A DNA stretch of 63,079 nucleotides, the filler included, from Stramenopiles sp. TOSAG23-3 (Eukaryota): the NCBI GenBank assembly GCA_900128585.1. It is 4 parts of 4 records of this genome, joined end to end, with 100 filler letters (N's around TTAATTAATTAA, not from the genome) between each part and the next. Parts side by side here need not be neighbours in the genome. Positions count along the whole stretch, not along the records: positions 1 to 20,367 come from LT642379.1; positions 20,468 to 40,804 come from LT642380.1; 2 more parts are not named here. The stretch is one strand, 5' to 3'. How positions within the stretch are numbered: position 1 is the stretch's first letter; each line of letters opens with the position of its first letter. Of this stretch, positions 11,417 through 20,469 are shown piece by piece. The position numbers and the translations under genes were made by a program. The notes beneath the pieces were generated by a model. That model saw nothing but the letters and a program-made list of their open reading frames with translations, was not told where the DNA came from and made no database searches.

Positions 11417-12020
11417 GGGTTTCGCGTATAAGTGCTTGCTTTTCGTCACCTTCCTTGCTTAAAACAATTCACATTTCTATTCTAATTTTATATGGTAAGC
11501 TGAATACTTTTGGTCTTAATCAAACAACTATTTTCATGTGTAGTACAGTTGTAATCTGCCAAAATTCTTGGAAGGATGTCATTTGTCAGTCCATCCGCCG
11601 CTGCTCGCTGGGTAGTATTTTTTTTTTTTATTATTTTTTTTTAATTTTTATTTTTTATTCTTCAAGTTCTCTCTTTCTCCCTCCTACCTTCTTCTTCATC
11701 TCATCATATATCCATACTAATACTACTCTAATAATCTATACTCTAACAGAAAGAAGAAAGAGAACATAATAATAATGATAAGGTTTAGAGATTACTACTA
11801 CACACGGCGGGGTTTCATATGCATATTAAATGATGTGCATTTAAATCCAAGATGTGACAACTCGGTTCGTTTTCTTATGTCATTTCTGCAATTCAAATCA
11901 AGCACAGTGTTTTTTTTGTTTATAACATTTCTGTTGAAGCAGTATTACAATCCACTACAGTTTAGTTTGCACGGTTGTTGCGTTCCTGATAGTCTGCTTG
12001 TGCCGTTGTCTGTGTCAAAA

Positions 12021-13901
12021 ATGTCACGGCATCGAAATTTTCGTGGGCGGAATTTCTCTTTTGACGATGATTATTATGACGAAGACTCTGGCTCTGAGGC
12101 GCCTTGGTCCCCGTCAATGGCTCAGTTCATGTACAACCGGGACGATGGCAACACAATGGACGATTTTTTCCAACTGGATGGGGGGGTGCATGATAGCGTA
12201 GATACTGCAGCTGGGGAGACTGCGGTCAAGTCTACCTCAACGCAAAGCACCGGCTCTCCTCCAAAGACTTCTAGTCCTTTGCGCCCGAAGGCCACTTTGC
12301 AGAAGGCTACGCAAGAAAGTTCCAGCACCAGCATCCCCAAGAGTGTTCAAGGCGGTGTTTTTGTTTTGAAATCCAAACCGCCCGATTTGTCCAATGAAAA
12401 CAAGCTGCAAGGGGGCAGAACTAAAAGAGCAACTCGTTCCACCACACAGAAACAGGCAGCTACTCCCCAAAAGCAGAGTAAACCGTTGGTTAAAAAGCCG
12501 CTGTCGGCTGCAAAGCAAAAACTACGAGACGAATCGCTCATACATGTTCAGGAAGGGAAATCGGTCCTAAGTATGGTTGTTATTGGTCACGTTGACGCCG
12601 GGAAAAGTACCCTCATGGGCCACTTACTGCACCAGCTTGGGTTTGTCGACAAGCGGACGATGCACAAATTTGAAAAACTCTCCGCTGATATGGGAAAGGC
12701 GTCGTTTAAATACGCATGGGTCTTGGACAATGATGACGTGGAAAGGGAACGTGGTGTGACCATGGATGTTGGGTTTAACCAGTTTGAAACAGAAAATCGC
12801 AAAATAACATTATTAGATGCACCTGGACACAAGGATTTCATACCGAACATGATCTCTGGGGCCACCCAGGCAGATGTCGCCATGTTAGTTGTTACTGCTC
12901 CGGAGGACGAGTTCAACGACGGGTTTTGTGATGGTGGTCAGACGAAAGAGCATGCGACGTTAGTTCGCAATTTGGGCGTTAAAGACCTTCTCGTCGCTGT
13001 CAACAAGATGGACCAAATAAAATGGGATAAAACAAGCTTTCTGAAGTGCCAGGAAACGCTTAATCTGTTTTTAAAGGGGGAGTTGAGGTTCAAAACGGTG
13101 CGGTATATCCCAGTGAGTGGTCTCAGTGGTGAAAATTTGGTGACTCGGAAAGAGAAGTTGTTGACAGACTGGTATTCGGATGGACTGACCCTAGCCGAAG
13201 GCATCGACCAGTTTCCTGTCGGTGCACGGGTAGGGGCCTTAAAGAAGCCGTTCCGACTGTCGGTAACAGATGTTTACAAATCGTCTACTTTGTGCAATGC
13301 CGTTGTTGTTGCAGGCCGGGTACAGACGGGCGCATGCGTCATCGGAGACAAACTGCTTCTGCAGCCAACACATTTGGACTGCACTGTAAAGAATCTGTCC
13401 TGCAACAACACCTACGTTAATGCAGTTGTTGCAGGGCAAAATGTTGAGATATCGTTGGCTGGAATCGATGATATCCTTTCTCAATTGAAAGTTGGGCAAA
13501 TGCTCTGTGCTCAAGAATGCCCCGTCCCAGTTACAAACGAAGTTGAAATCAAGATACAGACATTCGCGGCATTGAAAACGCCAATAATTAAAGGTACCCA
13601 ACTCTCGTGCCATCACCAGTGCGTTGAAGTTGATGCTGTAGTGAGCAAGTTGGTTGCAAGCGAAAGTGCCGCCGGTGGGACAACAAACAAAACGCGTTCT
13701 GGCTCGAGCAATAAGGCAAAGCGACCGAGACGAATTGCCAAAAAAGAGATTGGGGTGGTACGCATCAAGTTCCCGCACAAAATTTGCATTGAGAAATACG
13801 ACAACAACAAACAGTTGGGAAGGCTGGTTTTGCGTCAGAATGGAGTGACGGTAGCGTCGGGTATGGTTCTTGGAACCAAACGTAAGAAAAAAAGAACATA
13901 A
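12021..13901 (+). CDS. HBS1: HBS1-like translational GTPase (eEF1A/eRF3 family)
   Basis: N-terminal MSRHRNFR..DDDYYD is typical of HBS1. G motifs GHVDAGKSTLMG, ERERGVTMD, DAPGHKDF and VNKMD. C-terminal LGRLVLR...TVASG. Confidence 0.92.
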   Translation: MSRHRNFRGRNFSFDDDYYDEDSGSEAPWSPSMAQFMYNRDDGNTMDDFFQLDGGVHDSVDTAAGETAVKSTSTQSTGSPPKTSSPLRPKATLQKATQESSSTSIPKSVQGGVFVLKSKPPDLSNENKLQGGRTKRATRSTTQKQAATPQKQSKPLVKKPLSAAKQKLRDESLIHVQEGKSVLSMVVIGHVDAGKSTLMGHLLHQLGFVDKRTMHKFEKLSADMGKASFKYAWVLDNDDVERERGVTMDVGFNQFETENRKITLLDAPGHKDFIPNMISGATQADVAMLVVTAPEDEFNDGFCDGGQTKEHATLVRNLGVKDLLVAVNKMDQIKWDKTSFLKCQETLNLFLKGELRFKTVRYIPVSGLSGENLVTRKEKLLTDWYSDGLTLAEGIDQFPVGARVGALKKPFRLSVTDVYKSSTLCNAVVVAGRVQTGACVIGDKLLLQPTHLDCTVKNLSCNNTYVNAVVAGQNVEISLAGIDDILSQLKVGQMLCAQECPVPVTNEVEIKIQTFAALKTPIIKGTQLSCHHQCVEVDAVVSKLVASESAAGGTTNKTRSGSSNKAKRPRRIAKKEIGVVRIKFPHKICIEKYDNNKQLGRLVLRQNGVTVASGMVLGTKRKKKRT

Positions 13902-14099
13902 TTTTAGCTTCTCGCGTGTAAGATTGTTTTAGCACGAGGGGTTGCCCTTTTAGTAACTTCGCATCGGTTATCTGTTGTGTCTTATTCATAACAATGCCAT
14001 AACTATAATTTAAAAAATTCCATAATAATGTCAAACGCTGTTCATCGGTGAAAACCGTTTACGTATTTTTCTAAGAATTACACAAAACTCTCTCGCCTA

Positions 14100-14339
14100 T
14101 TATTTGCCTTCTTTTTTCGTGTCGTTATCTTTATGCCCCAGGACAATATTCAAGAGGCCATCTTTGACCTCAAACACTCCAAACTGTGTTGAGACCTACC
14201 AAAAGAAATACCGAAATTACCATCATACTAAAGTAAAGTGTCCGCCGCGTGCACGTGTCTCCAAACGGGTCTGACCGCCGTAAACATGCAGGCTCTTCGT
14301 AAACGTTCGGCAAGTCACGGGAGCCCCAAACGTTTCCAT
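14100..14339 (-). CDS. Putative small 68-aa two-exon protein (intron 14196-14228), missed by the ORF track
   Basis: ATG at 14339 and 37 codons, then a 33-nt GTATGA...TTCTTTTGGTAG intron, then 32 codons ending in TAA (followed by TAG). The region is GC-richer than its flanks. Confidence 0.4.
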
Positions 14340-14629
14340 TGTCAAGTCCACACATCGCCAAGCAATGAAATTGTTTACACACCGCAAATCTTAACTTGTG
14401 GTTATTTTCTTTTGAACTTCAGTCGCAAAATAGTTAACTTATTTCGTATTACGAACACTACTAAGTGGTTCTGGATTCGTTTTGTGATCTACTACACACA
14501 GCTATTTGTTCCTCCAAAGTTTTTGTTGTTCTTCTTTTTTTGTTATAGAAGTCTTGTCCTCTTCCTTATGTTAAGGAGTGCTTATACTTAATCAATACTC
14601 CTCTTGCATTTCTATTTCTCTCCTTGATA

Positions 14630-14661
14630 AAATGTCCTTAATGTATACATTAAGGACATTT
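14630..14661. repeat. Perfect 32-bp palindrome
   Basis: AAATGTCCTTAATGTATACATTAAGGACATTT is its own reverse complement, checked base by base. Confidence 0.9.
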
Positions 14662-14693
14662 CTTATTTATTCCGTCTAATTATCTCTAGAGTG

Positions 14694-14694
<1 letters not shown>

Positions 14695-14734
<40 letters not shown>
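14695..14734. repeat. C40 homopolymer
   Basis: Uninterrupted run of 40 C. Confidence 0.9.
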
Positions 14735-14735
<1 letters not shown>

Positions 14736-14928
14736 CACCCTGTAAAAGGAAGTATAAATTCTGTTATATATAAAATATTACACTGTGCACTTTTTACGAT
14801 ATGATGGATACTATTCTGTTGTTAGTAGAGTTCTGTAGTAGTGTTATTATTTTATCAGTGAATATATATATAAAAATATAATCCTAACTTTGTAATTTTA
14901 TTAACATTGTTCGTGATTAACTCACGTC

Positions 14929-17900
14929 TTAAGCGAGACTGGTACCACAGCAGTGGACACCATACGCTTTTTTGTTCACATTCTGTTCCACTTCTTTCAC
15001 GTTGATTCCCTTCTTCATGTCGCCTGCATCGGATTGCATAATATTCTCAACCAACCGGCCTGCATTCTCGCCACCTAATTTTGTAGCGGTCCACCCAAAT
15101 GTTTTGGATTGGTATCCCGCTTCAAATGCATCGACTAATTCGGTATGGGCGCATACATGAGCACCATGGCTCTTGCACATTTTCTCGGCCGTTGGGTAAT
15201 CCAAGTCACCCGCACACTTTTCGCCAGATAACGTAAACATTTTGCACTTCGAATCAGATTTAGTTGAATCTACTTTTAGAAGAGGTTTGCATTTCGTTCC
15301 AGTAAGGTTTACATCGGAAGTGAGTCCACTGGCTCCAGACGCTCCAGACCCGCTACCTGTAGCAGCATGGTGAAGAAGGACACTACTGCCTTCAATCGCT
15401 TCCTCCACTTCTTCGTCTGTCACGTCCATTCCAACCTTTGCCGTTGTCGGCTTGGAGGTAGCGGCGTGAAGCGCTTTCTCAGCAGCTGCAAGTTTATTCT
15501 TCATCACTTCGCGAGCATCGGCCCATTCGTTCTCTTTTAAGGCATGCTGTTGCTTCAGCGATTCCATTTCCGCTTTTTGTTCGGATAGCTGGGAACCTCC
15601 CGTAACACCGGTAGGCCCCGACTCAGATTCGTCGGCATCTTCATCTTCGCTCCCAGTAGCCCCAGTGGCCCCACTGGCTCCAGTACCTCCCGTTTCAGCA
15701 CCAGCTTCTTCAAATATATCTATAACTGCTTTCAGGTGAGCCCGGGCAGTTTCCACCATCTTCAGAGTAGTTGCAGAGCGAACGACTTCCTGCACGGCGA
15801 GCAACTTCTTGTGCGCTTCAGGATCGGAGGTTTCGACATCACGGTATTTTGCCGCAGCTTCGGACGCCTCCTCTTCGAGTTCCGCCTTTGCAACCTTAAA
15901 CTCGGCGTATTTTGCATGTTCGTCAGCAACTCCAGTGGCCCCTGTTCCACCAGTGGAACCGGTGGACGTACCCGTGGCGGAGCCACCACCCTCAGCGGCC
16001 GCTTGCTCCTCTTTCAGTTTCTGTGCAAGTTTTGCGGCCTGGACGCGTTTCATTACAACCTCTTTGACAGCACCGCTTGCATTGAAGTGTTGGAGCTCTA
16101 ATCGCTTCAACAAGTTCTGCAAATGAACGTGTGCATTCTCGGACGTGTACATCTCGTTTGAAACTGCCGCGGCGGACGCCAGTTGGTTGAAGGTTTTATT
16201 AGCCTTGCTGTACGTTACTTCGTTTGTGGCTTGAACTTTGGACATGCGTTCACTCCATGACAGAACCGCAGTATCGGTCCTCTTCGTTGCGATCTTCATT
16301 TCGCTCGGGAACAAAAAGGGCCTTGCGGCCGCTGTTTTCGAGGCATTTGTGCCAGAAACACACCATGGGCATTTGGGTAGCTTGATTTCTAGAATGCCTG
16401 TCGCTTCATTAAGTGCCGTCGGGCACTGGTCAGGCTCGCTTACACTAAAACATTTTCCTGTTGCATGACAAAACGCGTCTCCTGCGGCAGTTACGCAACC
16501 ATGTACGTCCGTCAATGCATTAGGTCCTAACCAGTGGGCCAAAGGTGACTTTTTCAAGCCGTCTTTCTTTCCTTCTTCAACTTCCGTTGCTATTTCAGAC
16601 TCAATGCCAGTCGGGCTGTTCTTGGCATCTTCGGCGGCAGCGACCAGCTCGCTTTGCATCGCATCCTCTGCCGGGGTCTTTTCGTCGGTGCCAGTGGCGC
16701 CCGTTACTCCCGTGTTGCTGCTTCCAGTTTCTCCCGTCATACCAGTGGCTCCGGTCGTGCCCGTTTCTTCCGAGACCTCTGCCTTTACGACAGAATCAGA
16801 CAGTTCATTGGCACCCTCCATCATTTTCTTCATCATGCGCTCGGCTTTCTTTGCGGACTGCTCTTCCATCTTTCTGATGCCACGACGAAGCTCTAAGGCG
16901 GCCGCATCCCTTGAGAGAGCTTTGTCCTTCAATGTTTTTGCTTTGACACCATATTTCACCTGCACGTCACTGTGATCTTTAAGCTTTTTAACCAGCTCAT
17001 CCACACGCTTCTTTTCAATTTCGTAAGCCTTGCTCAAATTTTCTCGTACTCGGAGTGGTGCTTTCTTCAAGACTTCCATTTCAGATCTACGCGACTTGAA
17101 CAGATTGTCCTTCGAGATTATCGCATTCCTTACGATGCTGCGCCACGTGTTGTAAGTGTCCAACACACGCTCGTAAGCAAGTCTTGATGCTTCCTTCAAT
17201 TTTGCAACTTCAGTCCGCGTTTTTTCAGTTTGGCCGAACAGTGCGTTTGCTTTTTCGCGTGTCTCCAAAGCACGGGTGTGGAGACGACTCGACGTTTTGA
17301 CCAAATTTCCGACGGCAGCCTCTGCGTCAACTGCGTGCTGAACGAGCAGCTTTGAGTTGTTGCAAGCCGTATGCTTCGCGAGCGCAAACGCAGCGGTTTC
17401 CTCGAATACCCGCAAATGCGCGTACTTCGATTTTGATACAGCGGCCTTCATCTTTTCGGCGGCAACTTGTTTCTTCATCGAGCTTGCTTCAGCCGCGTCG
17501 CTATGAACCGTCTCGAATTCCTTCAATTTTGTGGTAGATATCTTCAGCTGCTTGGTCAACTTTTTCTCTTCCTTGCGACTCTCGAGACATCGGTGGCGGC
17601 TTAATTTGCTCTCGCGCTCAGCGGCTACTTTAGAGGCTTCCAGTCCAGCCAAAAATGAATCAGCATCGCTTACTTGCTTTTGTTGCTCCAGTGCCTGATC
17701 ATCTTCGTTTGCTTTTTTGCAGTCCATGTCAGCACGACGCGTTGCATCCGCTAGAACTTTCTCAAGCTCCTTGACCTCAATCGAAGTTCGCTCGTAATCA
17801 GCTTCCGCTTTGTGCAAAAACACTTCAGCTTCGTTTGCTTCGTCCGTGGCAACTCTGGCCTCCTTCACTGCCTTTACAGCGTGCACGTCGGCTTCTTCGT

Positions 17901-20367
17901 CTCCGTGCTCGCCATTCGTAAGCCAAGTCTCAAAATGGCTTAGCTTCGAGGACGACAGCTTGTGGCATGTCGCGGTCGCAATCTTTTGTTTCACTTTGGT
18001 GTCGCGAACGTGAAGCTTCGCGCGAGCTGTTGCAACGTTGCTTTCGATGCTGTAGTGTGTTGCTCGATCAGCAATGAACAGGGCGTCTTTGCTGCGTTTC
18101 AACAAAGTTTTGTACTCCTCAGAGAGTGTAGCGTACGTTCGGAACAATTTGTCTGCGACAAGTTTTTCGTCGTTTAAACGCTTGCCAACAGATGTTTTGT
18201 TACTCCACGCTGCTTTGAAGGTTTCACCGGCCTTGACACGGCTTTCAACTGCCATTTTTATTGTTTTAATGCTGTCCATTTTAGACAGTTCCAAATGCGA
18301 GTCTCTTCCAAAGCGTACTGCTTCGTCTTCTACCCGTCTGGTAACGTCACTGATAGAATCTATTTCTTCCGTCAACGGTGAAATACTGCTGGCTATTTTT
18401 CTAATTTGCATGCTTGCATTTCGCCTACTCAACAACGACATCGCACTGCTTGCTACTACAGATTCGTGCTTTATGTTCTTAATGAGATGTGCGGCAGACT
18501 TAACAGCGTCGACTTTGCCAAAGTAATTTCGGCGCGCCTGCAATTCCATGGCACCAAGAGTGCGAATTTTAGCAGCGTCTTCCAAGGACATTACAACGGG
18601 GCCTGGCGCCCCACTCTTGGTCACCTCTTTCGTGATTCGTTCTCTCACGTTGACCATAGTGGCATCAAATTTTTGCTGGACACGTACGATTTTTTCGTGC
18701 AACATCTTGACATCTTCTTCCACGTCGACTATGTCTTCAGCTATGTCGCCAACCTCAGTACTACATTGCGTCACGCGCAGCTCGAATTCTTCCAGTTCAG
18801 CACTCAAAATATCTTGTTTCAGGCTCAACTTCGCTTTCTTGGCTTTCAATTTCTTTGTTTTTTCGTCGATAACAGCCGTCTGCGTCTCGTCCGCGGACAT
18901 TTTTTCTTTCAAAACATTGGAAATCTCTTCCAAAACCTTGCTGTACTTGGACACAACCCCGCCAAGTTTGGATTGGGTTTGCGCAAGGGCATTCTTCGTT
19001 TCGTTGCATTTCACGATAACCTCTTCCCGCTTTGCGACCAGAGGGGCTTTCTTTTCGGACTCTGCCGAACTGCGTGCGTGTAGATCAGAAATCTGTTTTT
19101 TGTAAGACTCTGAAATACCCTTCACGATTTCACCGATCAAAGATTTCATCCTCTTTTTGCTGACTTTGGCGGTGCTATGCATCTCCATCACTTGCTCAAA
19201 GTCATTCTGAACGTCCTGTTGCATTTGCACTGCGTCGATTTCTCTACCCGGCTGTTTTGTGGCATTCAGATCGTGCAACAACTCTTTGGCATATCGCCGA
19301 GTGCGTTTGATATTTTGAAGCGTTTCTTCGACTGTATTCTCAGCCTTCATTTGATAGGCCTCTTCTTTTGACAACTGGACGTCGGCTTTGGCTAGGTTCA
19401 TCTTCGACTGGGTTTTTTCCGTTTTGTCCGCCTTCAACCGAATATCCAAAGGAGTCGGCTTTCCGTCAGCACCAGGAGTCGACGTCCTTTCCTCTTCGAT
19501 TTCAGCCCGCAGTTGCTTCAACTTGTCAAGTGCAGCTACTAACTGAAGACTCTTCTTCTTTACGTATTCGACGGCTTTGTTTGCAGCAATTTCGGTCTTC
19601 TTTGCTTTCTCGGCGATCGGTATCCTTTCCTTCAATTTCTCATCGTTCAATTTTTCAACTTCACCGAGTACACTTTTTTTCTCTGCTTCTGCGGCAACGG
19701 CATCACTCAACTCCTGGGATGCGGCCTGGAATGCACGTTCGTATTCTTGCATCTGAACAGAAATGCGAGAATCATTGCCGGCTTCACTTTCATCCCGGAT
19801 GTATGCCAACCTTTTTTTGTTCAATTCTGCAACTGTCAAGTCTTTTGTGAGTGCCACTTCCTTTCGCGCTGCTGCATATCGTGCCCGGAAGCTGTTCATG
19901 TTGCTCTCATAGCGCTCCTTAGTACTGACATATTCCTGGTATTGTCGCTTGCTTTGTTTCAGTTTGGTTTTCAACTCAGTCAATACGCTGGTGATCTTGT
20001 CGAAGTTTGTCTCTTTTTCAAGATAAACTCTGTTTGCTTCCGCCGCAATATCCTCAACCGTGCCTGTTTCTGTTGAAGCGTCAGTGCCGGTGGCCCCTGT
20101 GGACCCGGTGGCCCCGGTAGAACTGAACGCGCTGCTAAAGCGTGTTACCTCAGCTGCTTCAACCATTTTTCGGGTGTTCTCAACCCCACTCCTGGCACCT
20201 TCGACAGCTTTTTCGTCATCCTTCCGTTCGTCTTCCATGATGTCGTATTTTGACATGAGTCCGTTTAAGGTGACTTTATCTTTGGCAACTTCTTCGCCAG
20301 CCTTCTTGGCCCCCGGCGTCAAATTCGAATGATGCAATGGATGACGCCCACGATACAACTTTTTCAT
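14929..20367 (-). CDS. Giant coiled-coil protein with repeated TGATG linkers, a small Cys motif and a C-terminal Link-module-like domain; probably 5'-truncated at the contig end
   Basis: 1812-codon ORF running to the linker, with AEK-rich heptads. C-terminus LDYPTAEKMCKSHGAHVCAHTELVDAFEAGYQSKTFGW...GIN...AYGVHCCG. Confidence 0.75.
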   Translation of the reverse strand: MKKLYRGRHPLHHSNLTPGAKKAGEEVAKDKVTLNGLMSKYDIMEDERKDDEKAVEGARSGVENTRKMVEAAEVTRFSSAFSSTGATGSTGATGTDASTETGTVEDIAAEANRVYLEKETNFDKITSVLTELKTKLKQSKRQYQEYVSTKERYESNMNSFRARYAAARKEVALTKDLTVAELNKKRLAYIRDESEAGNDSRISVQMQEYERAFQAASQELSDAVAAEAEKKSVLGEVEKLNDEKLKERIPIAEKAKKTEIAANKAVEYVKKKSLQLVAALDKLKQLRAEIEEERTSTPGADGKPTPLDIRLKADKTEKTQSKMNLAKADVQLSKEEAYQMKAENTVEETLQNIKRTRRYAKELLHDLNATKQPGREIDAVQMQQDVQNDFEQVMEMHSTAKVSKKRMKSLIGEIVKGISESYKKQISDLHARSSAESEKKAPLVAKREEVIVKCNETKNALAQTQSKLGGVVSKYSKVLEEISNVLKEKMSADETQTAVIDEKTKKLKAKKAKLSLKQDILSAELEEFELRVTQCSTEVGDIAEDIVDVEEDVKMLHEKIVRVQQKFDATMVNVRERITKEVTKSGAPGPVVMSLEDAAKIRTLGAMELQARRNYFGKVDAVKSAAHLIKNIKHESVVASSAMSLLSRRNASMQIRKIASSISPLTEEIDSISDVTRRVEDEAVRFGRDSHLELSKMDSIKTIKMAVESRVKAGETFKAAWSNKTSVGKRLNDEKLVADKLFRTYATLSEEYKTLLKRSKDALFIADRATHYSIESNVATARAKLHVRDTKVKQKIATATCHKLSSSKLSHFETWLTNGEHGDEEADVHAVKAVKEARVATDEANEAEVFLHKAEADYERTSIEVKELEKVLADATRRADMDCKKANEDDQALEQQKQVSDADSFLAGLEASKVAAERESKLSRHRCLESRKEEKKLTKQLKISTTKLKEFETVHSDAAEASSMKKQVAAEKMKAAVSKSKYAHLRVFEETAAFALAKHTACNNSKLLVQHAVDAEAAVGNLVKTSSRLHTRALETREKANALFGQTEKTRTEVAKLKEASRLAYERVLDTYNTWRSIVRNAIISKDNLFKSRRSEMEVLKKAPLRVRENLSKAYEIEKKRVDELVKKLKDHSDVQVKYGVKAKTLKDKALSRDAAALELRRGIRKMEEQSAKKAERMMKKMMEGANELSDSVVKAEVSEETGTTGATGMTGETGSSNTGVTGATGTDEKTPAEDAMQSELVAAAEDAKNSPTGIESEIATEVEEGKKDGLKKSPLAHWLGPNALTDVHGCVTAAGDAFCHATGKCFSVSEPDQCPTALNEATGILEIKLPKCPWCVSGTNASKTAAARPFLFPSEMKIATKRTDTAVLSWSERMSKVQATNEVTYSKANKTFNQLASAAAVSNEMYTSENAHVHLQNLLKRLELQHFNASGAVKEVVMKRVQAAKLAQKLKEEQAAAEGGGSATGTSTGSTGGTGATGVADEHAKYAEFKVAKAELEEEASEAAAKYRDVETSDPEAHKKLLAVQEVVRSATTLKMVETARAHLKAVIDIFEEAGAETGGTGASGATGATGSEDEDADESESGPTGVTGGSQLSEQKAEMESLKQQHALKENEWADAREVMKNKLAAAEKALHAATSKPTTAKVGMDVTDEEVEEAIEGSSVLLHHAATGSGSGASGASGLTSDVNLTGTKCKPLLKVDSTKSDSKCKMFTLSGEKCAGDLDYPTAEKMCKSHGAHVCAHTELVDAFEAGYQSKTFGWTATKLGGENAGRLVENIMQSDAGDMKKGINVKEVEQNVNKKAYGVHCCGTSLA

Positions 20368-20467
20368 NNNNNNNNNNNNNNNNNNNNNNNNNNNNNNNNN
20401 NNNNNNNNNNNTTAATTAATTAANNNNNNNNNNNNNNNNNNNNNNNNNNNNNNNNNNNNNNNNNNNN
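20368..20467. other. Artificial contig linker (44 N + TTAATTAATTAA + 44 N)
   Basis: Identical 100-bp spacer with six-frame stops occurs three times. Confidence 0.98.
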
Positions 20468-20469
20468 TC

